Shown here piece after piece: positions 21,892-34,767 of a DNA stretch of 38,818 bases; within the stretch, counting starts at the first letter, position 1, and every line of letters begins with the position of its first letter. Source of the DNA: Octopus bimaculoides (lineage: Eukaryota); contig NC_068986.1 in NCBI RefSeq assembly GCF_001194135.2, forward strand, positions 69,441,327 to 69,480,144, in the 5' to 3' direction. Made by a program: the position numbers and the translations under genes. The notes beneath the pieces are model-generated. The model saw only the letters and a list, made by a program, of their open reading frames with translations. It had not been told where the DNA came from and did not search any database.

Positions 21892-22838
21892 NNNNNNNNN
21901 NNNNNNNNNNNNNNNNNNNNNNNNNNNNNNNNNNNNNNNNNNNNNNNNNNNNNNNNNNNNNNNNNNNNNNNNNNNNNNNNNNNNNNNNNNNNNNNNNNNN
22001 NNNNNNNNNNNNNNNNNNNNNNNNNNNNNNNNNNNNNNNNNNNNNNNNNNNNNNNNNNNNNNNNNNNNNNNNNNNNNNNNNNNNNNNNNNNNNNNNNNNN
22101 NNNNNNNNNNNNNNNNNNNNNNNNNNNNNNNNNNNNNNNNNNNNNNNNNNNNNNNNNNNNNNNNNNNNNNNNNNNNNNNNNNNNNNNNNNNNNNNNNNNN
22201 NNNNNNNNNNNNNNNNNNNNNNNNNNNNNNNNNNNNNNNNNNNNNNNNNNNNNNNNNNNNNNNNNNNNNNNNNNNNNNNNNNNNNNNNNNNNNNNNNNNN
22301 NNNNNNNNNNNNNNNNNNNNNNNNNNNNNNNNNNNNNNNNNNNNNNNNNNNNNNNNNNNNNNNNNNNNNNNNNNNNNNNNNNNNNNNNNNNNNNNNNNNN
22401 NNNNNNNNNNNNNNNNNNNNNNNNNNNNNNNNNNNNNNNNNNNNNNNNNNNNNNNNNNNNNNNNNNNNNNNNNNNNNNNNNNNNNNNNNNNNNNNNNNNN
22501 NNNNNNNNNNNNNNNNNNNNNNNNNNNNNNNNNNNNNNNNNNNNNNNNNNNNNNNNNNNNNNNNNNNNNNNNNNNNNNNNNNNNNNNNNNNNNNNNNNNN
22601 NNNNNNNNNNNNNNNNNNNNNNNNNNNNNNNNNNNNNNNNNNNNNNNNNNNNNNNNNNNNNNNNNNNNNNNNNNNNNNNNNNNNNNNNNNNNNNNNNNNN
22701 NNNNNNNNNNNNNNNNNNNNNNNNNNNNNNNNNNNNNNNNNNNNNNNNNNNNNNNNNNNNNNNNNNNNNNNNNNNNNNNNNNNNNNNNNNNNNNNNNNNN
22801 NNNNNNNNNNNNNNNNNNNNNNNNNNNNNNNNNNNNNN
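21892..22838. other. Assembly gap (N run); the other gaps are 2292-2460, 14583-14592, 32132-32165, 33133-33372 and 37390-37399
   Basis: N characters in the sequence. Confidence 1.
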
Positions 22839-23536
22839 ATATATACATATACACATATATTCATTTGTGTAAATGCATGCATACACATGTGTCTACATAC
22901 ATACATATGTACATACATACATCTATGGTTGATTTATTTTGACAAGTCACATGGTCAACTTCCGAAGGAATATAGCCGAATGATTTTATCCACTCAGTAT
23001 GTAACTGGAAGTTATCGATTTCTGTTGAATTTGAACTTACATAGCGAACTTTAAGTATTGTAGGGTATTTAGTCTAGTGCCCCGCCTCTTGTTTCATTTC
23101 CTCATGATTCATATATTCATTCATATTGCATACATGCATATCTATGCATGTGTGTATTCAAGTATGTGCATACGTACAACCATACATACCCAAACGTGCA
23201 TGTGTGTCTGTATATGTGCACATACATAAACGTATATGCTCAATTAATTTGATTAGGTAGAAAATCAATATTGAATCGTTTCAGCGTGCTGTCAGTGTAT
23301 TCTTGGTTCTAATTTAACGAGAAGCATAATTTAAAAGAAGCCTTCTTAGTCGATCCAGATACTATTTAAACGTTGATCTCAGAATAACATAACTTAATAC
23401 GAGACGAAGTTTGTTCCGTTGACTTGACTCACTTCTGTAAGAAGAAAGTACAATGGCTGGAACTTGTTTTTGTTCTTGTAGCAGTCCTCTCTAGGCAACA
23501 AAGGCATAAAGATAGCTGGAGGACATGCATATCGTT

Positions 23537-23741
23537 AATACTGATTTCAAATTTTGGCACAAAGCTAGAAAGTTCGAGGGTGAGCTTTAAGTCGAATGCA
23601 TCGATCCCAGTGCTCAACTGATACTTACTTCGTCGGCCCTGAAATGATGAAAGGCAAGTCGACCTCGGCAGAGTTTGAGCTCAGAACACAAAGTCAGACG
23701 AAAAGCTAGGCGTGCTAACGATTCTGCGAGATTGCCGCTTT
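23537..23741 (-). mobile_element. tRNA-derived SINE (main family)
   Basis: ATTTCAAATTTTGGCACAAAG..GTCGACCTCGGCAGAGTTTGAGCTCAG..GCGTGCTAACGATTCTGC. Confidence 0.88.
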
Positions 23742-23769
23742 GCATGTAGATGATATTTTGAGTAAATTT

Positions 23770-23976
23770 AAGGCGGTGAGTTGGCAGAATAGTTAGCACG
23801 GCAGGTAAAATGCTTAGTTGCATTTCGTCCGTCTTTACGTTCTGAGTTCAAATTCCGCCGGGGTCGACTTTGCCTTTCATCCTTTCGAGGTTGCAAAAAT
23901 AAGTACTAATTGAACACTAGGGCCGATGTAATCGACTTGCCCATATCCCAAAATTACTGGCCTTGTAGTCGAAAAC
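23770..23976 (+). mobile_element. tRNA-derived SINE (main family)
   Basis: AAGGCGGTGAGTTGGCAGAATAG..GAGTTCAAATTCCGCCGGGGTCGACTTTGCCTTTCATCC. Confidence 0.92.
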
Positions 23977-24356
23977 AGAGTAAGTACCGGAACGGTTTCT
24001 GAAGGATTCCTGCTGTAGTTCGAAACTCTTCAGTTAAACAGCTTTTGCTCTGCATAGAAAGTAATATATTCGATAGTCTTATCTAAGATACTGTAGTTCA
24101 GATATATAAATGCCTGGGTGAAGTTCACAAATACAATTGATACCTTTTATTTAGAAATTATGAACTCTTTCTTATGTGAATCAAGAGCTCATAGTTATGT
24201 TATTTTATGGATATTCTGTGATACTACCAAACTATATAATTATGGTATGATATGAATATGTTATGATATCACGTATTATGACTGGTATTTTCTGTTATCA
24301 TTTTTCTGGTTTTGCTCATTGAAATGAAGCCATGTTAGGTTACTACATTCTAAGTT

Positions 24357-24490
24357 ATAGTCGATTATAACGACTTCATTACTTATTTTATCAAGTAGTA
24401 ATTACATTTATCAGCTTCAGATTGGTTAAAGGCAAAATGATCATATATGTGATTTTAACTCAGAACGCAATCAGATGCAGCCATATACTT
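24357..24490 (-). mobile_element. Very diverged SINE relic (main family)
   Basis: AGTCGATTATAACGAC..TTATTTTATC..AAAGGCAAAATG..TTTAACTCAGAACG. Confidence 0.5.
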
Positions 24491-27400
24491 CCTGAAATTC
24501 TGTGGATTCTTTCATCTACCATATTATGTTACAATATTCTTTGGTTTAATAATATATAATGAACATATTATCAGCATTTGGCACTGATATATTGTAATTT
24601 CAACATTTCGGGACTCTGGTATAACGAAATATAACCATGTTTCCATATCACTAAAATTTGACAATAGTATATTTTATATTACAATGTTACAGCCAGTGTT
24701 TGGTAATATCATGTTCTTATAAAGGTACACAGTCTCACATACACATCGTAGATGGTATCAATTTCAGCCCAATTGAACTGATGAGATTTGACAACATAAT
24801 GGCGAAACTAATTACTAAAAGGCTTATTTAACTGCTTTTCTACCGCCTTCTTTGTATTGTTAATATTATTAGATTATTACATTAGTCCAGCAACTCCGTT
24901 ATAATGGTTTATAATAACACAATATCTCCATATCATAATGACAGCTTATTATACGTAGGTTGTGGCCTGTCAAAATGATGAGAAAGGCAGAATATTATCG
25001 AAATAACATTAAAATGAGTATAGCTAATTATTAGTACGTTTCATATCAATGGCTTGCGTCTTCAAACATACACATTCAATATCTTTTCGATAATGATGGA
25101 CATCAATAAAACTGAATATCAATCTGCAGCTGTTTTTAATACCAAACCGCCAACATACATATGATGGTGGTAAGAGTGAAAGTAATGTAGTTGTTATAAA
25201 AATGTGTATTTAATCTCTAGCCCAAACTGTCTCATGCTCCATACTTTTATGACAATGATATATGAAAGGCTATTATCATTTCTTAATTTATACATAACAA
25301 GGAGAACCTAGTAATTAAGGACATTTTCAGGCGAGAAACAAGAGGCAACAGATATCAAATGAATGTATCGAAAAAGATATCTTTTGCGAAACATGTGGCT
25401 TAAACAAACTCAGTTTGAAATGAGAGGAATAAGTGTTCAAGAAAATATTTCTGTCATGTTGCTGGCATTAACGTTAGTTTTTCGACTGCCATAAAAGAAA
25501 TATATTAACCCTTTAGGAACCACAGAGTGTTTCGGAACTACTGCTCACTCTCGTTATTGTAGTTGTGAATGAATGAGAGTTAAATATTATGCTGGGTAGA
25601 ATAATTGTCTGCACAGTTAATATGCTGTCGGTATCAGGCGCAGATTTACAAAGGTTATCTCTTATCTATATGAACACACGCTTCATGAGTCTGCTGCCAT
25701 TCACCTAATTGATTTAAATATCTCAATCCATATATTAGGAAGTTACACAAATAAGTTAGATTCATCGTAGAATATACATTCCTATATGAGCCCTTCTTTT
25801 CATAACAAACTACAAATAATACGGAACAATGTAATTCGTATCTTCAGAAGCTCATCCATGATCCACGAAAATAATGAAAACAATATCCAATGCGATAGAC
25901 AGTCCGGACATGTGAAATCTATAATACCTTTGCACAATTATTACAATACAACCTTAGAAAACGTATTTTACCTAATCATCCTAGGAAAGCATACAACTTG
26001 CTTATATAGAAAAAATAGCAGCATAGCAGCAATATGAATATCTTTATTAGCCATAAGCATTGTATTGCGTTGCACACCAGCAATGAGAAATGCAGAAAGA
26101 CAGAACTGTTGATCTCCGATCAAAGTTATTATATTCTCTTCTGCCGTGTTTATCAAAAGAACCTGTAACTTCACAAGCATCACAGAAGCGAAAATGCGGA
26201 ATATTTATCCTTCGACAAATACATTTATTGAAGCCAGGTGGGTGGTGGTGGGGACGTCTACATGGTAGCATAATAATCCATAAAAAACAACCAATCTAGA
26301 TATGTTAAATATGAAAGCACATGTGACGGATATGACTGGAAGACATTGATCATTAATCTACATCTTAAGTGTTGATCTGATGATGAACGACTACAAAAAT
26401 GTAGCGAAACAATATACTAAAACATGCTTGATAATGAAACAAACAATATTTTACTTGAGATGCCAAACTGCATTCCAAACTAACCAGCTTCTGCATGTCT
26501 GAATGCAGAATATAGTCTTCCATGAGCGGAAAAATAGTATTTTGGAACAACGGATCAGTGATAACAACCAGAGGTTTGTCCCATTATATATCGAACCAAT
26601 GAGACATTTAGTAAGTAGCTTCTCGGCCAATGACTGCTAGGAATAGCTTCCAAAGTTTTCTAAAAATCACACACGTGCGTACATACTGACACACAGACAC
26701 ACCCGCAACCGCGCACGCACACAAATATGCTTTCTCTGCCTTTCTGACGCACACATGCACATCTATACATACATACATACATATATACATACATGCACAA
26801 TTATTGGGACATTGGGATATGTAACACACTGCCTAAATACCAATCTTCTCAAAACCAGAAGAAGAAAGCTGATTCGAAAACTGCAAATCCAATCTACCAC
26901 TGGAACTGTAAAAATGTGTACAACTTTCCAGGATTTTATCATTCAAATATATGTGCAAGTGTCTAGACATGCAACTAACTGTATGCATGAGAATGTATAC
27001 GTAAAACAAAATATACAAATTTGCACATGCACTGACTCCAAATACTGCACATATTCACGCATACATACAAAAATGTCCTGTTGTTAAAATTCCAATGACG
27101 GAGCCTGGGATCTAGGTTAGAAACCTGCTCATTCTTTATTGACAAGAAATCTTGAAATAATACTGAATAATGACATACATACATACATACATACATACAT
27201 ACAAGAACAAACCAAATATTGCGTCAGGACCAAAAAAAATATACGAAGAACAATATCCAAGATAGCAATAACAATGGAAGAAGAGATCAAAAGAAATAAC
27301 CAAACTAAAGAAAATTTATTAATAACATACCAACATTCCAAGATACAACAACGACTGGATAATCTCCTTCCAACTTAGAATAAAAGAATTATAAGGTATC

Positions 27401-28619
27401 AAGAGCTCACAGAACAAGAAACTTTTCTTTTAGGGAATGGGAGCTTCCACAACAGTTATTACTATAACGGCAATAATATGCATAACAACAATAGTAACCA
27501 AAAACCTCTAACAGTTTTATTGAGTAAGTCATTGACAGCTTCCACTCATCTCAGGAATTGCTTGGGAGAGGGAAAAATATTTCAACAATATCCAAGGGAA
27601 CATTATGCAGTTCTTAACCTTTCCGAATATACTAATATTAAGTTCAAACCGGTTAATTACGACTGTGAAAGAGCAAAGTTCAAGTTACCAGTCAGTCCAG
27701 CAAACAATATCCTGGATTTGTGATGTTAAGGTTACGGGTGACCATTTGATCGGTCATGTCAGAGTCGATTATTTCAACCCTTGATATGTTGTCGTACTTG
27801 TCTGGTTGTCATTACATAGAATTACTGATTGTAAGTTATTGTAAGCCACTCAAGGCTTACCCATTTACTGTTTATAATCCCTACTTCTATTTTCTCTGAT
27901 TTGCTTCCAATTGCTAACTTTTCATGCTACTCTGATCACTGAGTAAATGAAATAATTCAGAGTAGATGCTAAGATAAATACAAAGAGCTGAACTATTTCT
28001 TTATGTGACCTTTTTATATGATGTAGACACATGAAGCTTTTGGAGCCAAGAGAAATTCACTTATTCATCAACCTGTCATTGAAACCGATGAAAATGTGTG
28101 GGAATCGTTTTTAAAAAATGGATATTTTTGATTACTATTCCTCCTGCTTGAATTTTGTTTTCCTTTATTTGTTCATCTGAAACTATTATTGCATTCTTTA
28201 TGCGAAATATTATAAAATTAGTTTATTTAGTTTAGCTTAGAATTTTTCAATCTGTGATATACTGCTTGGATATTTTGGATGTCAGATTTCTTCCATGTAA
28301 AACGTGAGTCGGATAGATCGTTGTCGACAAGTGGTGTGATAATCTTTGGTGTTAGTATTATGTATATTGTTGATTCATTGCCTGTTACTCTTGATAAACT
28401 GAATATTGTGGGGCATGATACTGTCAGTTAACTCATTTTATATTCTTCCTTAGCTATAAGGGTCCTTATGACACCAAAAAGCCAACACCATGGTGTAATT
28501 AATCGAAGCTGGAGAATTGAATGACTACTCATTCACAGATGACATACGTTTAGCTCTACTTTTACTATTATTTTACCACGACTGTATTACTGCTGATATT
28601 GTATAAGTTTGTTAAAACA

Positions 28620-28754
<135 letters not shown>

Positions 28755-31700
28755 CGAATGAGTGCAAGCATATGTAATGTAATGATCCAATAAATTATAT
28801 TGCGCTGTCGTTATTCAGTCACCGGAAGCAACATTTGTTGCTGCTGTTCATGTTTTCTTATTTCTGATCCCTTCTTATTTTTCTGTTGAACATCTATCAT
28901 CGGGGAGTAAATATTTATCCTACATGAGGGAGATGTCGATGCATCATCTACAAACTTCGAAGACAATGTGTACATCCCACAGTTCTGTTTAACCTCCAAC
29001 CACCCCTGATAACTGACTGCTGATATAACCAAACGGGCTTCTGCCATGGGCATCTCTTCTTGTTGTATATGAAGCTCTACATAATCTACTTAAGTAAGCA
29101 GGGTGAGTTTTGAGGGAGATTTAACTGCTATTTCTAACAGATTGAATAACCAAGTTGACTTTCTCATTAATTTAAGCTACATAAATAAACATAGCGTGGA
29201 TGAGTGAATACTTTAAGTCGGTGACTTTGCAACATAGACTATAGAAATATGAAAAGGAAGACATTAAATTTTCCGGCATTAAACAAACTGTTAATCACTA
29301 ATTAAGACTTAATTTCTATGTTAGTTTGAATTTCTATTTACTTAATATTTAAATAGTAAAAGAGAAATGGAATAAACTAAAATGATTTAACCGTCGAATT
29401 CGTAGACGAACTGAGTAGACGTATAAAATTTCTCAGTTGATATAGACTGATGAAATCCAAGAGCATTTAATATCTTCTCAGGGACTATCTATTCCCACCA
29501 TTATAAATTGGATAGCATATAAGAACATTAATGGTATTATCTTTCGCCAAATTACTTTCAGATTGTCCGGCACCACCCGGCATCAACTGGAGGGCGTTGA
29601 AAGTAAAGTGCTTAGCGACAGATAATCTGTCAAGAAATAATATTCAAAATCTTTTCAAGGGACGAATTCCCAATTTCATGTTTGGTATCAGTAAGAAAGA
29701 AATTAGAACGGGGAAATACAACTAGGTTCTTTAAGGAAAGAAACATCATTATAAACCTACTAAGAAGTAAAATACAATGTACTACCTTTCCCCAAAAGTT
29801 TTGTTTTCTGAATTAGAAAACTAAAATGATATTAGTATCTCAAAATAGATTCATCCCGGTTTAATACAAAGCGTTGTGTATAAAAGCAAGGAAATATGGG
29901 TTTGTGTGAAAGATAAAGTAATATAATACTCGTTTTTGACTACCAACTGCTTTGCAGCTGGCGATATGTCTGTAAAGTTGGCACTTTAACATTATAATTC
30001 CCAGTTGTGCATGATATGTAGCTAAAAATGGGGCTAAAATATTTAAATAGATGTTTTAATGCTCTGCTGAGAGTCATGTAATTGGTAAATATATCCTGCA
30101 GATTAAAAGACATTGAATTAAAAACAAGAAAGACTTGAACATCAGTCAATCTAGCTTTTAAATTTCTCCATAAATAATATGACTTCATCAGTAGTTAACA
30201 TGTTTTACTGAAGCACTTGAATAAACAAAATATATAAAACAAAAAGTACAAACTGTGATATTAATCGCTTCGAAAAGGAACTTTTGAGCAAAGTACAAGA
30301 ATTTATAACTTAAATTCTGTTTACAAGGTCAATTATTTATGTAAACAGCAACAAACTTCGTAAGATCGTAAGTTATTAGTTTAGACATCTAACAGATGTG
30401 TAAACGGTAACGTTCTAAAAGAACTAATTAAATCATGAATTAACTACTATAATTTTACTATGAATAGTATTATACTCTAAAAATATCAATTTGAGACCAA
30501 AGAGCAACAACCCCAATGAAAGAATTTGAATTTATCCCTTACCGATTAACCATGATATTGATTACACCGCAGAACACCTGGAATTCTGTTATCTATCATT
30601 ACTGAATCTGTCTCAAACTTAAGATTTTCCTTCTCGCGTGGTAGTGTTACTGTTCTTTACAGCTTGACAATGATTGTCAAGCTATAAATTTAGCGAACAC
30701 ATATTAACTACTCTTCATCTCAGATATATTCGGCTTTTGTTACTGTTTTCACCTAACTTTGTAAAAGCTTTAGCGCGATGGCTTCGGTATTCCTAACTTT
30801 AAAAGCCTAAACATTTCAGGAATTATCAGTTATTTACATGAGATATTGCTTAGATGATATTTGATTGTAGGCATACGTCTGGAAGTGTGTAGCATTACTG
30901 TGTAGTATCCGTTAAATGCTTTGTTTTAACCAAATATTTAAACTTTGAAATACAACTTATATGAATCTATGAATTATACCACCAAGAAGCAAGTAATTTA
31001 ATTCATAGATTTCCCTATATACATAGATTTAATTTAATTTTTTCTGCTCCTTTACCCTACTTCATTTTCGGCTTCTAATGTTACCCATCTGGAAAATTAT
31101 AGACTCTCCATACGCCAGACTATAGACTACTGATATAAGAGAGTGCGTAACAGTCTGTATAAAACAAACGTTCCAACGTACAAATAATCACTTGGGAGGT
31201 GTGGAGCAATCGCATATAATAGCGAAAGATAGAAGATCGATTAATTGTCACTATTATAGTAATATTATACTATCCACAGCATACACATAGGAATAATTTG
31301 TTTTGTTTGATAAAAGGGATTGTAAAATATTTGTAGATCAATAATGTTACATATTTGTCTTCAATATTATTTCAACAGTTGCTTTGTTAATAAATTTGCT
31401 GTTAGACTAAAAGAATGTATGATATTTTATACAGAAATGTTTGGCGTGGTTATGTAAATTTATCACGAATATTGCAAAGTCGTAAATAAATACTAGTTCA
31501 TGATGTTTTAAACACTAATGCAGAACTAACCTATCGAAAATCAATGAGTTGAAAGCGAAATAGTTTCCAAACGTTTTATTTTTGATCTCAACAGACAAAA
31601 ATATTTGTGACATTTGCCTCGTTGACAAAGTGCAGAATAAACTTTGCTGAAACTTAGGCCGTTTTAGTCCGATACTATTTATCCCTGCGGAAAGGCGATA

Positions 31701-32099
31701 ATATATGTTTATGTTGCTTTATGCAACTAGATATATATTGGAAAAAACCCCATCAGAATGTTGTAATACAATGCGCTAGACAAAACTGTTAAAATATTGA
31801 CCTCAGGACATGAAGACTTCAAACGTAACACAGCCATGTTTTGTGGATAATTTTTATGTATATTTTTGGTCAGGCTTCAAACGAGACATACAATGGGCGT
31901 CAGAAACACGAGTATGAGGTTAGAAGACCAGCGTATCAAATTAATAGGACTGAAAAAGTCCTGGAAATATGATGGATGTGTTGGATATTCGGATATACTG
32001 GATATATGTAATTGTTGTATATATAAGTGTATAGATATCTATCTATTTGTATAATATATATGTACACACATTCATTCATATCTAGGTATATGTAGAATG

Positions 32100-32210
32100 T
32101 ACATATATGTATATATATACATACATACATANNNNNNNNNNNNNNNNNNNNNNNNNNNNNNNNNNCACACACACACACACACATATATATATATGTATAT
32201 ATATACATAC

Positions 32211-32241
<31 letters not shown>

Positions 32242-32351
32242 CATACATACATACATATATATATATATATCTATATATATATATCTATATCTATATATAT
32301 TATATGTGCGTTATTATCATCATCATTATCATTATTATTATTATTATTATG

Positions 32352-32389
<38 letters not shown>
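32100..32389. repeat. (AT/AC/ATAC)n block with gap, then (ATT)n directly 5' of a SINE
   Basis: Read directly from the sequence. Confidence 0.95.
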
Positions 32390-32390
<1 letters not shown>

Positions 32391-32590
32391 AGGCGGGGAA
32401 GTGGAAGAGCTCGCTGGAAAAATGTCTTAGCGCCATTTCATCAGTCTCCACGTTCTGAATTCAAATACCACTAAGGTCGACTTTGCCCTTTATCCTTTCA
32501 AGGTCGATAAACTAAGTACCATTCAAGTTGTCATGTAATCGACTTACCCATACCCTTAAAAGCTGCTGGCTCTGTGCCAAAATTTAGAAC
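32390..32590 (+). mobile_element. tRNA-derived SINE (main family), diverged
   Basis: AAGGCGGGGAAG..GAATTCAAATACC..AGGTCGACTTTGCCCTTTATCCTTTC..GTGCCAAAATTTAGAAC. Confidence 0.85.
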
Positions 32591-33372
32591 TATTATAATT
32601 ATTTTCGTTTTTACAATACAGAGTTAAAGATCCATTATAAGCCCATTTCAGAACGTGAAAACTTATAGCACATGCACGGCAGAGTTCAAGGTCAATCTTT
32701 GCCAAGCGGCTTCAATCTGCGTGCTTAGCTTCGTTACTATGTCAACAGTCCAGATATTTATTGATCAGACCACACACACAAACAAACACACACATATTTA
32801 TATATGTATGTATATTTTCGAGATCAGTGAATTTTCGTCACTAGAAAAAGTATATATGTATTTGCATTGGGACCCCTTCGCATCTAAGATCGGTGATTGT
32901 CGTACGCTGACGAAGGGTAAATACTCGAGTCCGTGCGTATCACGTTAGATCAACGATGGGAAGGATGACTTCCCTTTGCAAATACCGACAGGGCACAAAT
33001 GTGTGTCAATAGCCAGCTGGAGGAGATGTTCTCCTGGGGCTAAAAGCAACAGTAACGTTCACCCTTAGGGTTTAGCCGCATTTAAGTGGCAAATATACTT
33101 CACGTTATATATATATATATATATATATATATNNNNNNNNNNNNNNNNNNNNNNNNNNNNNNNNNNNNNNNNNNNNNNNNNNNNNNNNNNNNNNNNNNNN
33201 NNNNNNNNNNNNNNNNNNNNNNNNNNNNNNNNNNNNNNNNNNNNNNNNNNNNNNNNNNNNNNNNNNNNNNNNNNNNNNNNNNNNNNNNNNNNNNNNNNNN
33301 NNNNNNNNNNNNNNNNNNNNNNNNNNNNNNNNNNNNNNNNNNNNNNNNNNNNNNNNNNNNNNNNNNNNNNNN

Positions 33373-33417
<45 letters not shown>

Positions 33418-33529
33418 AGGATATCGACTAGACTATAGGATGTTACTATATACCACTGGTCACAATGTGCTTCTCGTTGTTTTAACCTTCGAACGATTTT
33501 TAGCTCGACGAGAAGGCCAGGTCATCGCA

Positions 33530-33674
33530 AGGTTGCCGATTTACAACTGAGTGGACTGGGCCAAAGTAAAATGAAATGTTTGCCTCAAGAACAAAACGCT
33601 CAGTTTGTCTGGGAATAGAAACCACAATATCGCGATCGTTAGTGCAATACCAAAATCACTTGTCCACGCGTCTT
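33530..33674 (-). mobile_element. tRNA-derived SINE, additional family, diverged
   Basis: Minus-strand head GACGCGTGGACAAGTGATT..GGTTTCTATTCCCAG (A/B-box-like) followed by GGCCCAGTCCACTCAGTTG. Confidence 0.65.
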
Positions 33675-34364
33675 ACACATACATATATACATACATACGT
33701 ACACAGACACATATACATATACACACATACATATACATATACACACACAAAAATTAGGTGTGTATGTGTCAATATATGCATTTGTATATCTCTATGTATC
33801 GAGCTATCTATCTCTATACATACACATATTTACACAAATACATGTCATGAGAGATACTACTCTAATGAGAAAGAGCTGCGCTCACGTCCGACTCATTTTC
33901 TTCTTCTCCCTCAATATGTCTCGTGGCTAGAGAAAAATCAAGACAATCGACATTGTAAAAGAATGCAGGAAATTACCGAAATTGAAATAGTTGGTGGAAT
34001 CTCCTGATCTCGAAATACCATGTGACTTGGTGTGTCATAAAAATGTTTCCAGTATTTTGTCTTCCATCATTCTTTCTGGCCCATCTTGCACCAGTTGCTC
34101 CCATCCTGACACTGCCTCCAATTTTGAAGCTGGGAAGATGAAGCTTACTTACTTTGTATGTAAACTTCATTTGATTAAAAGTGAACATTTCACCAACCAT
34201 ACTCGCATCAATTCAATATATATGTGTACACCTTATTAGTTGACCACTGAATCCTTTAACGTCATTTGCTCTCTGACAAACTTGTTTCCCAGAATATGTT
34301 CAAAATCACACTCCACATCAATTAGGCTTTGTGTGGCAGCCAGTTTAGTTGTCGACGATCCGAC

Positions 34365-34410
34365 AAACATTTTGCCCGGTGTGCTAAGTATTCTGCTAGC
34401 TCACCGCCTT
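34365..34410 (-). mobile_element. Isolated SINE head fragment (main family)
   Basis: CATTTTGCCCGGTGTGCTAAGTATTCTGCTAGCTCACCGCCTT. Confidence 0.8.
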
Positions 34411-34550
34411 AAGCAGCATTATTAACAAAAAAAAAAAAAAAAGCAAAAGACAGAAGCACGTGTTATTCTGGATTTAATGGAGTTGCCAAGCATTTAAAGA
34501 GAAGTTTGGGAAACAAAGATGTTTTTATAATTTTATTATTTAGCTTCACA

Positions 34551-34767
34551 AAGGCGGCGAGCTGGCAGAATCATTAGCACGCCGAGCAAAATGCTTAGTG
34601 GTATTTCGTCCGTCCTTACGTTCTGAGTTCAAATTTCGCCGAGGTCGATTTTGTCTTTCATCCTATCGGGGTCGATGAAATAAGTACCAGTTACTTACTG
34701 GGGTCGATGTAATCGACTAGCCCCTTCCCATAAAATTTCAGGTTGTGTGCCTTTAATAAAAAGGATC
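34551..34767 (+). mobile_element. tRNA-derived SINE (main family), full length, with 13-bp TSD
   Basis: Best-preserved copy. Flanked by an exact ATTTAGCTTCACA at 34538-34550 and 34768-34780. Confidence 0.95.

Noticed and set aside
21819-23054. Long 330-411-aa ORFs in the track
   Set aside because: They consist of N-gap X residues plus (AT/AC) microsatellite translation. The same applies to the ORFs at 2188-2601, 31936-32474, 33086-33550 and 37276-37576.
25786-26300. GPCR-like hydrophobic snippets (ISLLAISIV)
   Set aside because: Stops occur in all frames and there is no ordered series of TM motifs.
34095-34155. Serpin-like KVSKLHLPSFKIGGS in a minus-strand ORF
   Set aside because: Only a few residues match, and the flanking sequence shows no serpin similarity.
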